A stretch of 62,542 nt of DNA from the IMG/VR virus record IMGVR_UViG_3300046643_000028, positions 1 to 62,542 of that record; one strand, 5' to 3'. Of this stretch, positions 34,914 through 46,900 are shown in pieces (position 1 is the first letter of the stretch; every line of letters starts with the position of its first letter). Below the pieces are notes generated by a model, which was not told where the DNA came from, made no database searches, and saw only the letters and a program-made list of their open reading frames with translations. Made by a program: the position numbers and the translations under genes. Source of the DNA: a virus. Its lineage: Duplodnaviria > Caudoviricetes.

Positions 34914-35171
34914 ATGGGCTACGGCGACTGTTCCCTCAAGATCGACGTGCTTCAAAACGGCTTCAATGTTGAGGTTCGAGACCCCAAGATTGACGCGGCG
35001 AACAACAAACCCAAGAGTAGCTGGGAAGACCCATGGAAGACGTACGCGTTCTCCACGGTCGAGGAAGTCGAGGGGTTTGTGTCCAAACACCTCAAGGAAT
35101 TGAAACCCCCACCCGATGCAGACGCAGAGTTTTCATCGGCATTCAACGCAGCAAGCAAGGATGACGACTGA
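34914..35171 (+). CDS. Hypothetical protein
   Basis: 85 aa; AGGAG RBS. Confidence 0.6.
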   Translation: MGYGDCSLKIDVLQNGFNVEVRDPKIDAANNKPKSSWEDPWKTYAFSTVEEVEGFVSKHLKELKPPPDADAEFSSAFNAASKDDD

Positions 35172-35173
35172 TC

Positions 35174-35587
35174 ATGACGACCCCCCGTAAAGCCTCACCG
35201 AAGAAAGCCACGATGGACGCCGCGACCGCCGCGCTCGCCGGGCTGGGAAACAACCTCGACGACGATCACGTTCCCGAGGAGTTCAAGTCCGAAGCAGTGC
35301 GCCGCACCGCCAGCGCCAAGAATGCCGAGGTCAAGGAAAAGCGCATCTGGATTCAACTCGAAGACAACGACGACATCCCCCCGGGCGGCCAATTCATCGG
35401 CGTCAACGGCTATGGCTACAAGCTGCAGGCAGGCGTACCCGCGCTGTGCCCCGAGTCGGTTTTGAACGTGCTCGACTGCGCGATCATGTCAGTGGCGGTG
35501 AAGAACGGGCAGGATCAAGTCGTGTCCTACCGCGACCGCTTGCGCTTCCCGTACCGCGTGCTTACCAACCACCGCCCGGCAGACTGA
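35174..35587 (+). CDS. Conserved virion-cluster protein
   Basis: FIGVNG..Y....G....PESVLNVL...RFPY. Confidence 0.65.
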   Translation: MTTPRKASPKKATMDAATAALAGLGNNLDDDHVPEEFKSEAVRRTASAKNAEVKEKRIWIQLEDNDDIPPGGQFIGVNGYGYKLQAGVPALCPESVLNVLDCAIMSVAVKNGQDQVVSYRDRLRFPYRVLTNHRPAD

Positions 35588-35589
35588 TC

Positions 35590-36351
35590 ATGTACACCTT
35601 GTCCGACCAACTGCTCGAACTGCGCAACAACATCCTGCGGGACCGCAGCGATATTATCGCAGGCGATTCCGATCAGCTTTGGACGGACGAGACCCTGATC
35701 CGCTATATCGGCGACGCGGAGAATCGGTTCTGCAGACGGACCATGATTCTCCGTGATTCAACAACCCCAGAAGTGTGCCGTGTGAAGCTCAAGCAGGGCC
35801 AAAAGCTCTACAAGCTCCACGACTCAATTCTGGCGCTGCTGTCGGCCAAGTTTGGTGCAGCCGAAAACGATCTCTCGATATCCGGGCATTCCATCGTGAC
35901 CGGGCACGTGCCGAACACGTATCTCAATTTCAACCCGACCGCGCCGTACACGATCGCTCCGGGCACACCTGTCGCTGTGTTCACGGATGAAGCCGAAGTG
36001 TACGACCGCCGCGCGGCCGTGACGCTCACGACTTACCCGGTACCGAGCGCTACCGAGGATGGCCAGTACATCAACATCCGTGTGGTGCGCAAGCCCCTCA
36101 CGAAGTACAGCGTCAACGATCTCGACCGTTGCAGCGAAGTGCCGGACGACTACCAACTGGATGTGTTGGAAGGCGCCGCATGGCTTGCGCAGCGCACGTG
36201 GGATAGCGATGCAGGTTCGAGCACGACGGCCGACAAGCACAAGGCCAATTTTGAGGAAGCCATCACCCGAACGCTGCGGGAAATGAAGCGCCGCGCGTTT
36301 GTCCCCATGGGCTTCTCGTATGGGCAGAACGGCTTTAGCTGGGAGCGGTAA
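35590..36351 (+). CDS. Probable head-tail adaptor
   Basis: L.ELR..IL.D...LWTDE.L..YI.DAE..FCRRT; position. Confidence 0.65.
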   Translation: MYTLSDQLLELRNNILRDRSDIIAGDSDQLWTDETLIRYIGDAENRFCRRTMILRDSTTPEVCRVKLKQGQKLYKLHDSILALLSAKFGAAENDLSISGHSIVTGHVPNTYLNFNPTAPYTIAPGTPVAVFTDEAEVYDRRAAVTLTTYPVPSATEDGQYINIRVVRKPLTKYSVNDLDRCSEVPDDYQLDVLEGAAWLAQRTWDSDAGSSTTADKHKANFEEAITRTLREMKRRAFVPMGFSYGQNGFSWER

Positions 36352-37598
36352 TGGCAGATGACCCGCAACAACGTGATCCTGATATTATCGCTTACAGTTC
36401 GTTTAACGGGCTGCGCAACGATGTGACGCCGGAGCGTTACTCTCAGGGCGATCTCGAAGTTGCTGACAACATAGACATCGACCTTACCGGGCGCATCTCG
36501 CGCCGCGCGGGGATGACTCTGCAGGCTTTAGGCGCTTGGCATTCGCTGTGGGCCGATCAACAGCAAGTATCTGGATATGTGGCGCAGGGCAACACGCTAT
36601 ACAGTATCGGGCCTGCGTTTGTGCTGACGCTGATTGCGGCTCTAAAAGCAGGCAACCACATCAGTTTTTTCAAAGTCAACGACCGCACGTATTTCACGAA
36701 CGAGGTGGATACGGGCGTAATTGAGCAGGCGGCGGTGCGCTCGTGGGGGGTGGCACCGCCCAACCTGCCCGCTGTTTCGATCGGTACAGGAAGCATGTCG
36801 GCGGGCACATACCAGTTTGTAATGACGTATGTGCGGCAAGATGGCCAAGAGTCAGGTGCTCGGGCAGCAGGCATTGTGCAAGTGGCGACAGATGGAGCGG
36901 GGCTTAATTTCTCAAGCATGCCAAGCTCTATAGACCCCACAGTTGTTGCCAAGAACTTGTATCTGTCCCCGCCTAATGGCGAGCAGATGTTCTTGGCGTT
37001 GGTGCTAGGTAACAGTGTGGGCACAGCAGCCTATACCGGCGACTGCACGGAATTTAACGTGCCACTCGACTCGCAGTTTTTGCTACCGGCACCGGCTGGC
37101 CAACTCATAGCGTTCTACCGTGGCCGGATGTGGGTGGCCAAGGATGATGTGATCTATCCGAGTCAGCCGTTTGATTACGAGCGTTTCGACCTTCGTGAGT
37201 ATATCCAGATGGACGGCCGCGTCACGCTATTGGCCCCTATGACGGATAAAGAGCAACGCGATGACAACATGAGTTCGTCAGGATTTTTTGTCGGCACAGA
37301 CCGCTCTTGCGGCGTGATGATCGGCGGCAACCCGGATGAATTTCAGTACATCCCTAAAGCGAATTATGGGGCTGTGCCGGGTACGATGGCGATGGTGGAC
37401 GGCAGTTTGTATCAGGATGGCGCTGTTGGCATGCGTGAGTTGCCGATGTGGGTGACGACGCAAGGCATATGCGTGGGGATGCCGGACTTGGCAGTAAAAA
37501 ATCTCACGCGCACGCGGTACACTTTCGACGTTGGCCAGCAGGGTGCGGCGCTATTTCTGTCCGAGCCGAACCGATTTATCGCTACATCTTCTACTTGA
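36351..37598 (+). CDS. Probable tail nozzle/tubular protein
   Basis: F.GL.N...A.NID...G...RR.G N-terminus; beta-rich. Confidence 0.6.
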   Translation: MADDPQQRDPDIIAYSSFNGLRNDVTPERYSQGDLEVADNIDIDLTGRISRRAGMTLQALGAWHSLWADQQQVSGYVAQGNTLYSIGPAFVLTLIAALKAGNHISFFKVNDRTYFTNEVDTGVIEQAAVRSWGVAPPNLPAVSIGTGSMSAGTYQFVMTYVRQDGQESGARAAGIVQVATDGAGLNFSSMPSSIDPTVVAKNLYLSPPNGEQMFLALVLGNSVGTAAYTGDCTEFNVPLDSQFLLPAPAGQLIAFYRGRMWVAKDDVIYPSQPFDYERFDLREYIQMDGRVTLLAPMTDKEQRDDNMSSSGFFVGTDRSCGVMIGGNPDEFQYIPKANYGAVPGTMAMVDGSLYQDGAVGMRELPMWVTTQGICVGMPDLAVKNLTRTRYTFDVGQQGAALFLSEPNRFIATSST

Positions 37599-37607
37599 GG
37601 TTTTATC

Positions 37608-38378
37608 ATGACAATGCGACTTTCTACCGGCGCGCGGGACTTCATCAACAAGTTCGGCTCCGTTTCCCGCATGCTGACCAATGGTCGCATCGAACTCTAC
37701 ACTGGCGCGCAACCGTCGTCCCCTGACGCAGCGTTCACAGGCACACTGTTGTGTGTCCTGACAAACAATGCTGGCACTTATACCGCCGAGTCCCCAGCCG
37801 TTGGTTCAGTTACGCTGGCAGGGTCGGCTGGATCAGTGAATACGATCACGGTCGGTGGGATTGATGTGCTGGGCGGCGCTGTACCGTTCAATGGGACGTT
37901 GGCTCAGACTGCACTCGACACCGCTGCGCAGATCAACCGCAACATGTCGTACCCAAAGTACCGCGCGAGCGCGTCTGGCGCGGTTATCAGCATATTTTCC
38001 TTGCCGGGGTCGGCGGTTGCCAACAACACCCTCACGGTTTCTGGCACGTTCACCACGCTTACCGGCACGTACTCGAACATGTCTGGCGGCGTAGCGTCGG
38101 CGAATGGGTTGCTGTACGACAACTCGGTAGCAGGCGTACTTTCCAAGCTGTCTACACAAACGTGGTCTGGTACGAACTCGGCCGCTGGAACTGTGGGCTG
38201 GTTCCGGATGTACGGTTCGCAAAGCGACACCGGGGCGCTCGATTCTAATGCCCAGTTCCCACGCATAGATGGCGCCGTGGCTACCTCGGGCGGCGAGTTG
38301 AACTTCAACTCTACCGCGTTCTCCTCGGGCGCCGTGACGACGGTACCGGCGTTCACTGTAACGCTTCCGGCGCAGTAA
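37608..38378 (+). CDS. Virion structural protein
   Basis: IELYTGAQPSSPD...GTLL, GTVGWFR, RIDG.V. Confidence 0.65.
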   Translation: MTMRLSTGARDFINKFGSVSRMLTNGRIELYTGAQPSSPDAAFTGTLLCVLTNNAGTYTAESPAVGSVTLAGSAGSVNTITVGGIDVLGGAVPFNGTLAQTALDTAAQINRNMSYPKYRASASGAVISIFSLPGSAVANNTLTVSGTFTTLTGTYSNMSGGVASANGLLYDNSVAGVLSKLSTQTWSGTNSAAGTVGWFRMYGSQSDTGALDSNAQFPRIDGAVATSGGELNFNSTAFSSGAVTTVPAFTVTLPAQ

Positions 38379-38379
38379 C

Positions 38380-39579
38380 ATGGCCACGGGCGGCGCATTG
38401 AATGTCCCGGCGCTCGTTCTCTCTGGTGTTGCTTTAGAGAGCGACGCGCCGACGAATTTAACAGGTACCGCAGCCCTCGTGCTGCCGGTACCTGTTGTCG
38501 TTTCCACCGGGAATGCCGGAGGGAGCGGCATTGGCGCGCTTACTACTCCAGAATTTATACTCTCTGCCTCGGGGTTGACGCCAGTGCCGGGTGTTGGAGA
38601 GATGACGCTTCCTCCCATCCATGTATCAGGGCTTGGGGAAGCACCCGTGGCAGGCACGGGTGCACTCACACTGCCATTGCTTCAGGTGTCGGGCGGTGGC
38701 GGCTTTGGTGCGGCTTTGGTGTTGCCTGTGCCGATTGTGGCAGGCGCAGGAACGGCAGGGGCTACCGGGGTGGGCACACTGACGCTCCCCTTACAAGTCG
38801 TGTCAGGTGTCGGCAGCGAGCCGTACGTAGGTACGGCAGGGATTGTTCTGCCTACCCCGAAGATCATTGCGACTGGGGTTGTCGGGTCTACGCTGCTTGG
38901 CAGTCTTGCGCTTCCTAGGCTACTGCTCGCGGGGCAGGGCTTTACTGGCACGATTGGACGCGCGGCTATCGCGCTGCCCGTGTTCAAACTTTCCGGGTTG
39001 GGTAACGAGCCATCCATTGGCACCGCAGCGATTACGTTCCCCGTGCTTCACGTCTATGGCGTAGGCCGTACCCCGACGCAGACGACGGATGCCAATGGCG
39101 ACATAAAAGCGATCGTCATGAACACGCAGACTGGCGCGCTGTCTGAATTCACGAACTACCATTTCAATTCGATGGCAAAGTTCAACGGCGTGTATCTGGG
39201 CGCTAGTGACCAAGGGCTGTTTCTGCTACAGGGCGAGAATGATAACGGGGCAATCATTCAAGCTGCTGCACGGCTTGGCATAAGTGATTTCGGAACGTCT
39301 TTCCGTAAGCGAATCGAGCGTTGCTACGTTGGGTACCGCACGAATGGGAGCATGGTTCTCCGTATCCAAACGGATGAAAAACAGCAGCGCGATTACATGA
39401 TGGAGCGCTCTGAGGGAGGATTCAGCCTCCACGGTAATCACGTAAAAATAGGCCGTGGCGTTGAAGCACGGTATTGGCAGTTCGAGATTCGCAACGTGCA
39501 GGGTTCCGACTTCGAATTGAACATCATGGAACTGAAGCCGACGCGACTGGGCCGCCGCATCGGTGGGCGTGATGCGTGA
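38380..39579 (+). CDS. Tail structural protein with Gly-rich beta repeats
   Basis: Repeated G.LTLP...V.G.G units, then MNTQTGALSEF.NY.FNS...RYWQF. Confidence 0.65.
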   Translation: MATGGALNVPALVLSGVALESDAPTNLTGTAALVLPVPVVVSTGNAGGSGIGALTTPEFILSASGLTPVPGVGEMTLPPIHVSGLGEAPVAGTGALTLPLLQVSGGGGFGAALVLPVPIVAGAGTAGATGVGTLTLPLQVVSGVGSEPYVGTAGIVLPTPKIIATGVVGSTLLGSLALPRLLLAGQGFTGTIGRAAIALPVFKLSGLGNEPSIGTAAITFPVLHVYGVGRTPTQTTDANGDIKAIVMNTQTGALSEFTNYHFNSMAKFNGVYLGASDQGLFLLQGENDNGAIIQAAARLGISDFGTSFRKRIERCYVGYRTNGSMVLRIQTDEKQQRDYMMERSEGGFSLHGNHVKIGRGVEARYWQFEIRNVQGSDFELNIMELKPTRLGRRIGGRDA

Positions 39580-40783
39580 CACAGGACCAGTAAAAAAAGA
39601 CGCGGATACCCCCGATGCTCAGGATCAGATCGGGGCCGGGCGCACGCAGCTAGGCATCCTCAAGAACCAGATGGCGTTGGGGGGCGTGTCACTCGGCAAG
39701 CGCACGGTGGTGCTCCCAGACGGCACGACTATAGTGGCCAGCAGTATTGCCGGGATCGATAAAGTTACTATACGGCAAGCGGCAGAACTCCCACCCGGAG
39801 CGCCGCCCCCGCCCGCTCCTCGCGTGCGCGAGCCGAGACTGCCAGAGCCACCCCCGCCACTGGGCGTCGGCGCTCTGTGCTCGATGAACTCGTATTCGAC
39901 GCTTGCCGTAAGCCCGCTCATAGCCGCGCTGATAGAAGAGACTGTCAACGGCACTAAGGCGTCGGGCATCAACAAGTATTCGTTCACGATTCCGAGCTTT
40001 ATCGGGGATGTTCCGAAAGTCATCGGCTGTGATAGTGGGCTGGTATTTGAATCTAATATCACCCAGAACACCAGCGACCACGTGTCGAGCGGTATAAACC
40101 CCACAGCCTCGGTTCAGTTTTTTGATATGGCAGGCGGATACGGCGGGTACGATTTCGGCAACCGCAAATTGATTACTCAGTTGTCCCTTGAGAAAGACCC
40201 CAACGTCCAGCAGTCGATGATGGTCCCGGTAGAGCTAAAAGAACAAACAGGTAACGAAAGCTATTTCATTTTTAACTTCAACTTTAACCCCCCGTTCCCG
40301 CGCTGGGCTGAGCCGCTGCGGATCATTAAGTGGAAGCAGACAGGCGGTGATCTGCCCATGGACTTGTTTGTGCTGCCGGGCACGCCCCACGCGACTGTGC
40401 TGGCCAACACCAACCCGGACAAAATAGTGCTGCAGAGCGGGAAAGACTACAACTATTCGTTCGGTAACAGCAATTGGGTAGTGGCGCGAGACGACCCAAA
40501 CCCGATCCCCGGGTTCGTGACATGGAAGAACTACCAGACAATAACGGTTGTCCGGGACTGGTACCCCAAGACATGGACTGCTACTGGGTTTGCTACAGTG
40601 GTGCTAAAGGACGGTAGAAATGCGACTATTGCGGTAGTTGTCAAGGTTACAATGACCCCCAGACAAGGCGCGCATGTGCCGGATGGCGCTCAAAACTCGC
40701 AAGGGGCGGCAGTTCAGGCCGCCACCATAGAGCTAGGAACAGGGCAGCAACTCCCCCCGGCCATCGGGCCGTTTTACCCATAA
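39572..40783 (+). CDS. Tail-associated hypothetical protein
   Basis: About 403 aa; start could be GTG at 39563. Confidence 0.6.
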   Translation: MRDTGPVKKDADTPDAQDQIGAGRTQLGILKNQMALGGVSLGKRTVVLPDGTTIVASSIAGIDKVTIRQAAELPPGAPPPPAPRVREPRLPEPPPPLGVGALCSMNSYSTLAVSPLIAALIEETVNGTKASGINKYSFTIPSFIGDVPKVIGCDSGLVFESNITQNTSDHVSSGINPTASVQFFDMAGGYGGYDFGNRKLITQLSLEKDPNVQQSMMVPVELKEQTGNESYFIFNFNFNPPFPRWAEPLRIIKWKQTGGDLPMDLFVLPGTPHATVLANTNPDKIVLQSGKDYNYSFGNSNWVVARDDPNPIPGFVTWKNYQTITVVRDWYPKTWTATGFATVVLKDGRNATIAVVVKVTMTPRQGAHVPDGAQNSQGAAVQAATIELGTGQQLPPAIGPFYP

Positions 40784-40795
40784 TCAGGATTCGAC

Positions 40796-42790
40796 ATGGC
40801 TATCAATTTGGGCGCGAACGGCAGCATTTCGGTAGGCCCGCAGGCGCTCGGGGCCGCTGAGATCGTAACCGATGGGTTCACTGCGGCGCAACAGTACGCG
40901 TCGGCTGCGTTTGCAGAGGCCACTCAGTTTTTGCAAGGCATCACGAATGTCGCCGCTAACCTCGCCGCGATTCCGCCAATCAGTGGAGACCTTAGCCCGA
41001 TTACGGCTACTGTCGACCCGTTCGTTATGCCTGCGACTGTAGCCCCGCCGACCGGTCTGGCGCTAAATCTGCCAGCCGTGCCGACCGAACCGACGCTTAT
41101 GCCTGTCCCAGTGCCGTCGTTTGGGAACGCGCCGACGTTCACCGCGACGCTGCCCGAGATCGATATCCCGAACCAGCCAGCCCCGCTCAACGCGACGGTG
41201 CCGACGCTGCCCGCGCTCAACCCGGTGAATGTTCCAGCTAACCCGGACGTGCCGCTGCCGGACGTGCCGACGCTGCTGGGCATCAACGTGCCGACCGAGC
41301 CGCTGCTCAATTTGCCGACGTTTACCGCGATCACCCCGACCCATCCTCTGGCGCCGGGGTTCTTCTTTTCGTTCGCAGAACCGACGTACAACGACCAGTT
41401 GCTCACCGATCTGAAAGCGGTGCTCGACACGTGGGTAAATGGTACGAATACCGGGCTGTCTGCAGCAGTTGAACAGGCGATCTGGGATCAGGCGCGCACG
41501 CGCGAGAACGTGCAGTTGGCCGCAAAAATGAAACAGTCGATTCGCAACTTTGCCACGAAAGGGTTTGTTAAGCCCTCGGGCGCACTCAATCTCGATCTGC
41601 TTGATGCCCAGCAACAATCCAACTCTACCCTATCCGGGCTGAGCCGAGACATCATGATCAAGCAAGCTGATCTCGAACAGACCAACCGGCGCTTTGCGTT
41701 TGAGCAGGCGTGGAAGGTGGAAGAGGGCTTGATCACTTACCAGAATCAAATCGCGCAACGCGCGTACGATGCAGCCAAGTTCGCCCAGCAGGCCATGATC
41801 GACATCTACCACGAGCAAGTCGTGGCCTACACCGCAGACATCCAAGCCTATGCAGCGCAGGTGGAAGTATTCAAGGCATTGATCACTGCAGAACTGTCGA
41901 AGCTGGATGTGTACAAGGCAGAACTGGAAGGACAGAAGTTGATCGGCGACTTGAATCAGCAGTCCGTGGCTATCTACACGGCTCGCGTCCAAGCGGCTCT
42001 CGCCGTGGTCGAAATCTTCAAAGCGGAAGTCGACGCGGCGAACACCGTGGCTTCGGTCAACAAGACAATCATCGACGGGTACGCCGCGCAGGTGGGCGCG
42101 TATGGCGAACAGGTACGGGCCAAGGCAAGCGAATATGACGCATACGCAACGGTCGTCAAAGCGCAAGTTTCCAAAGCTGACATCTTCAAGACGCAGGCTG
42201 ACGCGTTCTCGTCGCAAATCAACGGGTTCAAGACAACCGTTGACGCTGCAGTTGAGCAGGCGAATCTCGCCATTAAGGTCGGGCAGGAAGTGCCGCTTGA
42301 TCTCTTCAAAGCGCGCACGGAAGTCTACCGCGATGTCGTCGGGGCGGAGGCTTCGAGAGTTGATGCGGTGGCCAAGGTCTATACGGCTCAGGTCAGTGGA
42401 TACAATGCGGCGGTGTCTGGCCAAGCCTCTCGCTCCGGAGCACAGGTAGCGGTGGTGGATTCGCAGACGAAGATCGCCACCGCTACAGCGGACGTTCGCA
42501 TAGAAGCAGCCAAGGCGAATGTGCAGACGTTGATCCAAGAGACGCAACTGCTTACGGATGCGATCAAGGCCGGAGCAACGGTGGCAGCGCAATTGGCATC
42601 TGCGTCACTCGCCTCAGTGAATCTATCCGCACAGTTGGGGGATCACTACAGCGAATCAGTGTCGAGCAGTGAGGCCGCGAGTTCTTCGATCGCCACTAAC
42701 ATATCGACTGCGAATAACACGACGGACTCGACCGTCACAAGCAATAACACCGGCAATAACACGAACACGAATTACAACTACTCGAACTAA
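40796..42790 (+). CDS. Virion protein with Pro-rich segment and long coiled coil (tail needle or ejection protein)
   Basis: 664 aa; Ala/Gln helical repeats; Ser/Thr/Asn tail. Confidence 0.65.
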   Translation: MAINLGANGSISVGPQALGAAEIVTDGFTAAQQYASAAFAEATQFLQGITNVAANLAAIPPISGDLSPITATVDPFVMPATVAPPTGLALNLPAVPTEPTLMPVPVPSFGNAPTFTATLPEIDIPNQPAPLNATVPTLPALNPVNVPANPDVPLPDVPTLLGINVPTEPLLNLPTFTAITPTHPLAPGFFFSFAEPTYNDQLLTDLKAVLDTWVNGTNTGLSAAVEQAIWDQARTRENVQLAAKMKQSIRNFATKGFVKPSGALNLDLLDAQQQSNSTLSGLSRDIMIKQADLEQTNRRFAFEQAWKVEEGLITYQNQIAQRAYDAAKFAQQAMIDIYHEQVVAYTADIQAYAAQVEVFKALITAELSKLDVYKAELEGQKLIGDLNQQSVAIYTARVQAALAVVEIFKAEVDAANTVASVNKTIIDGYAAQVGAYGEQVRAKASEYDAYATVVKAQVSKADIFKTQADAFSSQINGFKTTVDAAVEQANLAIKVGQEVPLDLFKARTEVYRDVVGAEASRVDAVAKVYTAQVSGYNAAVSGQASRSGAQVAVVDSQTKIATATADVRIEAAKANVQTLIQETQLLTDAIKAGATVAAQLASASLASVNLSAQLGDHYSESVSSSEAASSSIATNISTANNTTDSTVTSNNTGNNTNTNYNYSN

Positions 42791-42799
42791 GGAGCCGAC

Positions 42800-43936
42800 A
42801 TGGCCGGACCTCTCGATTCACTGCCAGCATTCCCGAGCAATCAGGCTTCTCAGTCTGACCTCGCGTATCAGGCTGCGTTGCGCAACCAAGCGGTAGATGC
42901 GGCCAAAGTTCCTACGCCGGTTAACCCCGGGTTTGTTACGCGTGGGCCGGGCACGCCGATCGTGAACGCCCCGCAGGTTCCGATCTTCGGCCCCGACACA
43001 CCAGTCCCCCCGGTCTCGGCGGGGTTCGTGCCGCGCTACAATGCGCAGGCTTTTGCCCCTCCTGCCGCTGCTAACGCCGCTGTGCCGACTGCTGCCAGCG
43101 GCAGCCCAATCACCGTGAACAACCCCGGGGCTGTGAACCCGGCTGGCACTATCATCGCGCCCCCCGACGTAAATTCTGCGGAGAATGTGGCGCGCCGCGC
43201 GGCGGTGCCCACTGGCGGCTTTCAGCCATCCGGAGCGATCGACACGCAGAGTAGCCCCGAACGGGCACAAGCGGCGCTTGGAGTACCGCCGCAAGCCCTT
43301 TCTACAACCCCGGCCGCGTACAACCCGGGGTTTCAGCTTTCTAACCCTGCCGGGGCGATTGCCAATGGCTTCAACGCGCAGCAGCAGCGCGCCGATGAGA
43401 ATGTGCAGCGGGCGATCGATTACATCTCGGGAGGCAGCAGCATATTCGAGCGGGCTACGCGGGGGCGCGCGATCTCCGGCATTTACCAATCGGCACTCGG
43501 CCCAAATAACGAAGGAGCGGTTTCTGGCCAAGGTGCGGATGCGTTCAATTCCGCGAATGCTGGCATTGAGCAATCAGCGATAAGTGGTACGGCATCGAAT
43601 ATCAATGCTGGCATTGGCGCGAACGCCTCGATATATGATACGGGCGTCAATGCGGATACCTCGGCGGCGAACTCACGGCGCACAGTGGCGGCAACGCTGC
43701 AGGATTCCCAGCTTCGTGAAGGAGGCATAAATGCCCGATTCGCCCAGACCCCACAGGCGAGCGGGCAGACACCGTTCAAAGACCCAGTTACAGGGCTTAC
43801 ACTGCCACTTACCACGTACTCTTTGCCGGGGCAGGCGATCCCGAACGCTCTGCCGCAACGTCAAGTTGGCTCTCTGCACACGAGCGGCGGCGTCACAAAG
43901 CGATGGAATGGTACGTCTTTTGAGGATGTTAAATAA
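42800..43936 (+). CDS. Probable internal virion (ejection) protein
   Basis: Low complexity; ends KRWNGTSFEDVK; precedes the giant protein. Confidence 0.6.
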   Translation: MAGPLDSLPAFPSNQASQSDLAYQAALRNQAVDAAKVPTPVNPGFVTRGPGTPIVNAPQVPIFGPDTPVPPVSAGFVPRYNAQAFAPPAAANAAVPTAASGSPITVNNPGAVNPAGTIIAPPDVNSAENVARRAAVPTGGFQPSGAIDTQSSPERAQAALGVPPQALSTTPAAYNPGFQLSNPAGAIANGFNAQQQRADENVQRAIDYISGGSSIFERATRGRAISGIYQSALGPNNEGAVSGQGADAFNSANAGIEQSAISGTASNINAGIGANASIYDTGVNADTSAANSRRTVAATLQDSQLREGGINARFAQTPQASGQTPFKDPVTGLTLPLTTYSLPGQAIPNALPQRQVGSLHTSGGVTKRWNGTSFEDVK

Positions 43937-46900
43937 ATGGCCGCAACCCCCACGTTCGACCCGAATACTGCCACCCTAGCACCGGGGCAGTTCAACCCCG
44001 ATACTGCCGTGCCGGTGGCTTCTGCTCCTGCTGCCGCCGCGCCTGCGAATAGCGGCGTTACGGAAGTCGGGAAAGGTTTTTTGCGTGGGGCGCTCGTTGA
44101 TCTCCCGAGCATGGTGGGCAAAGCAGCACAATACGCTGGGGGTTCGTTTGGCTCGCAAGGGCTGTCGGATTTCGGTCAAGGCGTGGCCCAGAGCGCGGAG
44201 GAGCGCGGTAAGTCGGACGCTCTGACTCTGCGCCCAGACCAACACTCCGGGCTGGTAAATAATCTCGCGGCTGGCGCGGGCATGATTGCCCCGGGCTTGG
44301 CGATTCCGGTTGCGGCAGGTGTGGCCGCGCTCGCGGCGCCCGAAGCATTGGCTGGTGGACTGGCTACAGCAGGGCTTGTGGCTGGTGGCGTTGTGGGCGG
44401 CGCGGCGGCTGGGCAAGATACGCTCGACCAAGCCAAGGCCAGTGGCGCATCCCCGCAAGCGGCCAACACGGCGGCGGCGCTCAACTTCGGCATCAATACG
44501 GCCGCGCAGGTTATCGGCGGCAAGATCGGCGGCAAGATTCTCGGCGTCGCCTCGGGCGCGCTCGGGCAGCAAGCCGCAGCGGATGGCTCGAAGCTCCTCC
44601 CGGGGATCATGAACGATCTCACCGGGGCGGCACCGTATCAAGGCTTCGGCTCTACCTTGCTCAAGGGGACTGCTGAAGCTGCAGGTGTGAACGCGGCAGC
44701 AGCGGCGGGTACGGCGGGCGTGAACAGCGTTACCGGAGTGGATCAGGACGCGGACCCGATCAAAGCCGCCATGGCCTCTCTGGGGCCGTCGTTGGGTATG
44801 TCTGCTGTCTTGGCACCGGCCGGGCTTGCCGGGCGCGCGTTGGCCGCGCGTAGCGCTCAGACACGTACCTCGGTGCTGGCATCGGAGCATGCGCCGGAGG
44901 AAGTGCGCAATCAGTTGGCAGATCAGTATGCGCAATCCATCGCCAAGTCGGGTACGCCCGAAGCAGTTGCCGCTGCCGCGACGTTCCGCAAGAACGCTTC
45001 CGAAGCCATTGGCTCGAAGCTGCCGCTGCAGGTAGACCCGGGCTTGTTCTTGGCAGACGCCGTGAAAGCGCCTGTGGATGAGAATGGGCAGCGCGGGTTG
45101 CCGCTGGGCGACACGCCGGTGCCGACTGCAGAAAATGCCCCGTTGCCGACGAACGTGCCGGTGGCGCGCGATCTGTTTGGCAATCCGGTGTCTACCGAGC
45201 AACCGACGCCGCAAGGTGAGCAGGTGGCTGAGCAGGCAAACCTGCCGCTGACTCCTCCGGCCGGAGGCGATCTCTTTGGAGACCTACCCCCCAATGCTAC
45301 TCCCGAGCAACAGTCATTGTTTCAGGAAGCGCCGTGGGCCTTCCCAAAGAGCACCGCACCAGATGTCTCGCCGACGCCCGATCTGTTCGACACGGCAGCA
45401 GCGCAGGATGCCGCTGCTGCACGACGCCTTCCGGTTCCTGTTGATGCTGAACCGGCCCCGGCCTCTATTGTCGTGGGTACCGATGGTGTCGCGCGCACAC
45501 CTGAACAGGTAGCTGCACAAGCCGCCGAGCAGCGTACGCTTGGCAACGATCTGCGCAACAAGCAAACGCCGCCCGAGTTGGCTACGCCCGAGGAGATCGC
45601 AGCGAATGTACCGGCTGTTGATCCGAACGCGACGAAGGCACGCAGCGACATCACGAACGATCTGCAGGCAGTCAACGAAGCCAACAGCTTCTCGAACCGC
45701 AAGCAGGACAACGCGCGCGTGGAGAAGGCTCTCGATACGCTGGGCATCGACAAACAACCAGACCACAACGCGCAGATAGACGCGCTCGATGCGCACCTGA
45801 ACGATCCGGATGCGAAGCTCGGGCAAGCGACGCGCGACAAGCTGCAGGCATTGAGCGACAAGTGGCATGCTGATCGCGGCGATATGCCGCCCGCCGCTGA
45901 CCCGGTTGCTGAAGCGAATGTCCCCACGCCTGAAGCTGCTCCGGCTGCGAATGAGGCAGTGGCTCCGGCGCCGGTACCGGTCGATCCGCAGGCCGTGACA
46001 CAGGCTGCTACCGAGATAGCGAAAGAGGCCGTGCCTGTGGCTGAACCTGCGGCTGAACCCGCACGCCCGACGACCCAAGCAGAAGCACAAGCTGCCAAGC
46101 CTGTTGATACCACGACGGTAGAGCCGAAGCTGCCGCCGCTCGATGTACCGGCCGCCGACGCGCGCCGCAATCGCATCCAAGAACTGCAGCAGGCTATCCG
46201 TGACGGCAAGGGTCTCGATGCTGTGCCGTCTCCTGAAGTGCGCGCGCTCGGTGACAACCTGCCTGCCTCGCGGCAGCAGCAAGCCATCGACATGATCGAC
46301 AAACTGAACGCGGCGAAGATCGAGTTGAACCAGCAAAAGCGCGCGGGCAAGACTCTCTCCCCGCTCGAACAGGAACGTCTCGAAGATATCGATGCGCATC
46401 GCTCCGGTCTGTCTGAAGTGGCCAATGGCACCGCGAGTCCGGATCAAGGAGACTTCGCGCTGCAGAACGCACAGTCGGCTCTCAAGCCCTATACCGAGTC
46501 GCTGCGCAAGTACGCCGCTGCCGATCCTAACGATGTCAACGTGCACATCTTTGACAAGCCCCCGGGGCAGTCGTCCCTCGACGGGATGCACAACGTCAAT
46601 GATGGCGCGCAGGTTCTCAAGAACATCTTCGAAAGTGGTAGCACGCAAGATGTGAAGGACTATGCCAAGCAGTTGCTCGATCTGGGTATCGACAACAAGG
46701 TCATCAACACGCAAGAGCCGGAAGAGGCTTTTTTGCGCAACGTAGATGGCCAAGGTACCGGCGCGGCTGGTGCGTATTTCCCTGACACCGGAACGATCCG
46801 CATCTACCAAGGTGGCGAGACCGAATCTACCGTGCTGCATGAGTTCACCCATGCCGCGCTGTACCACCGCATTGAAGCGCTGAGCGCGATGGATAAGCCC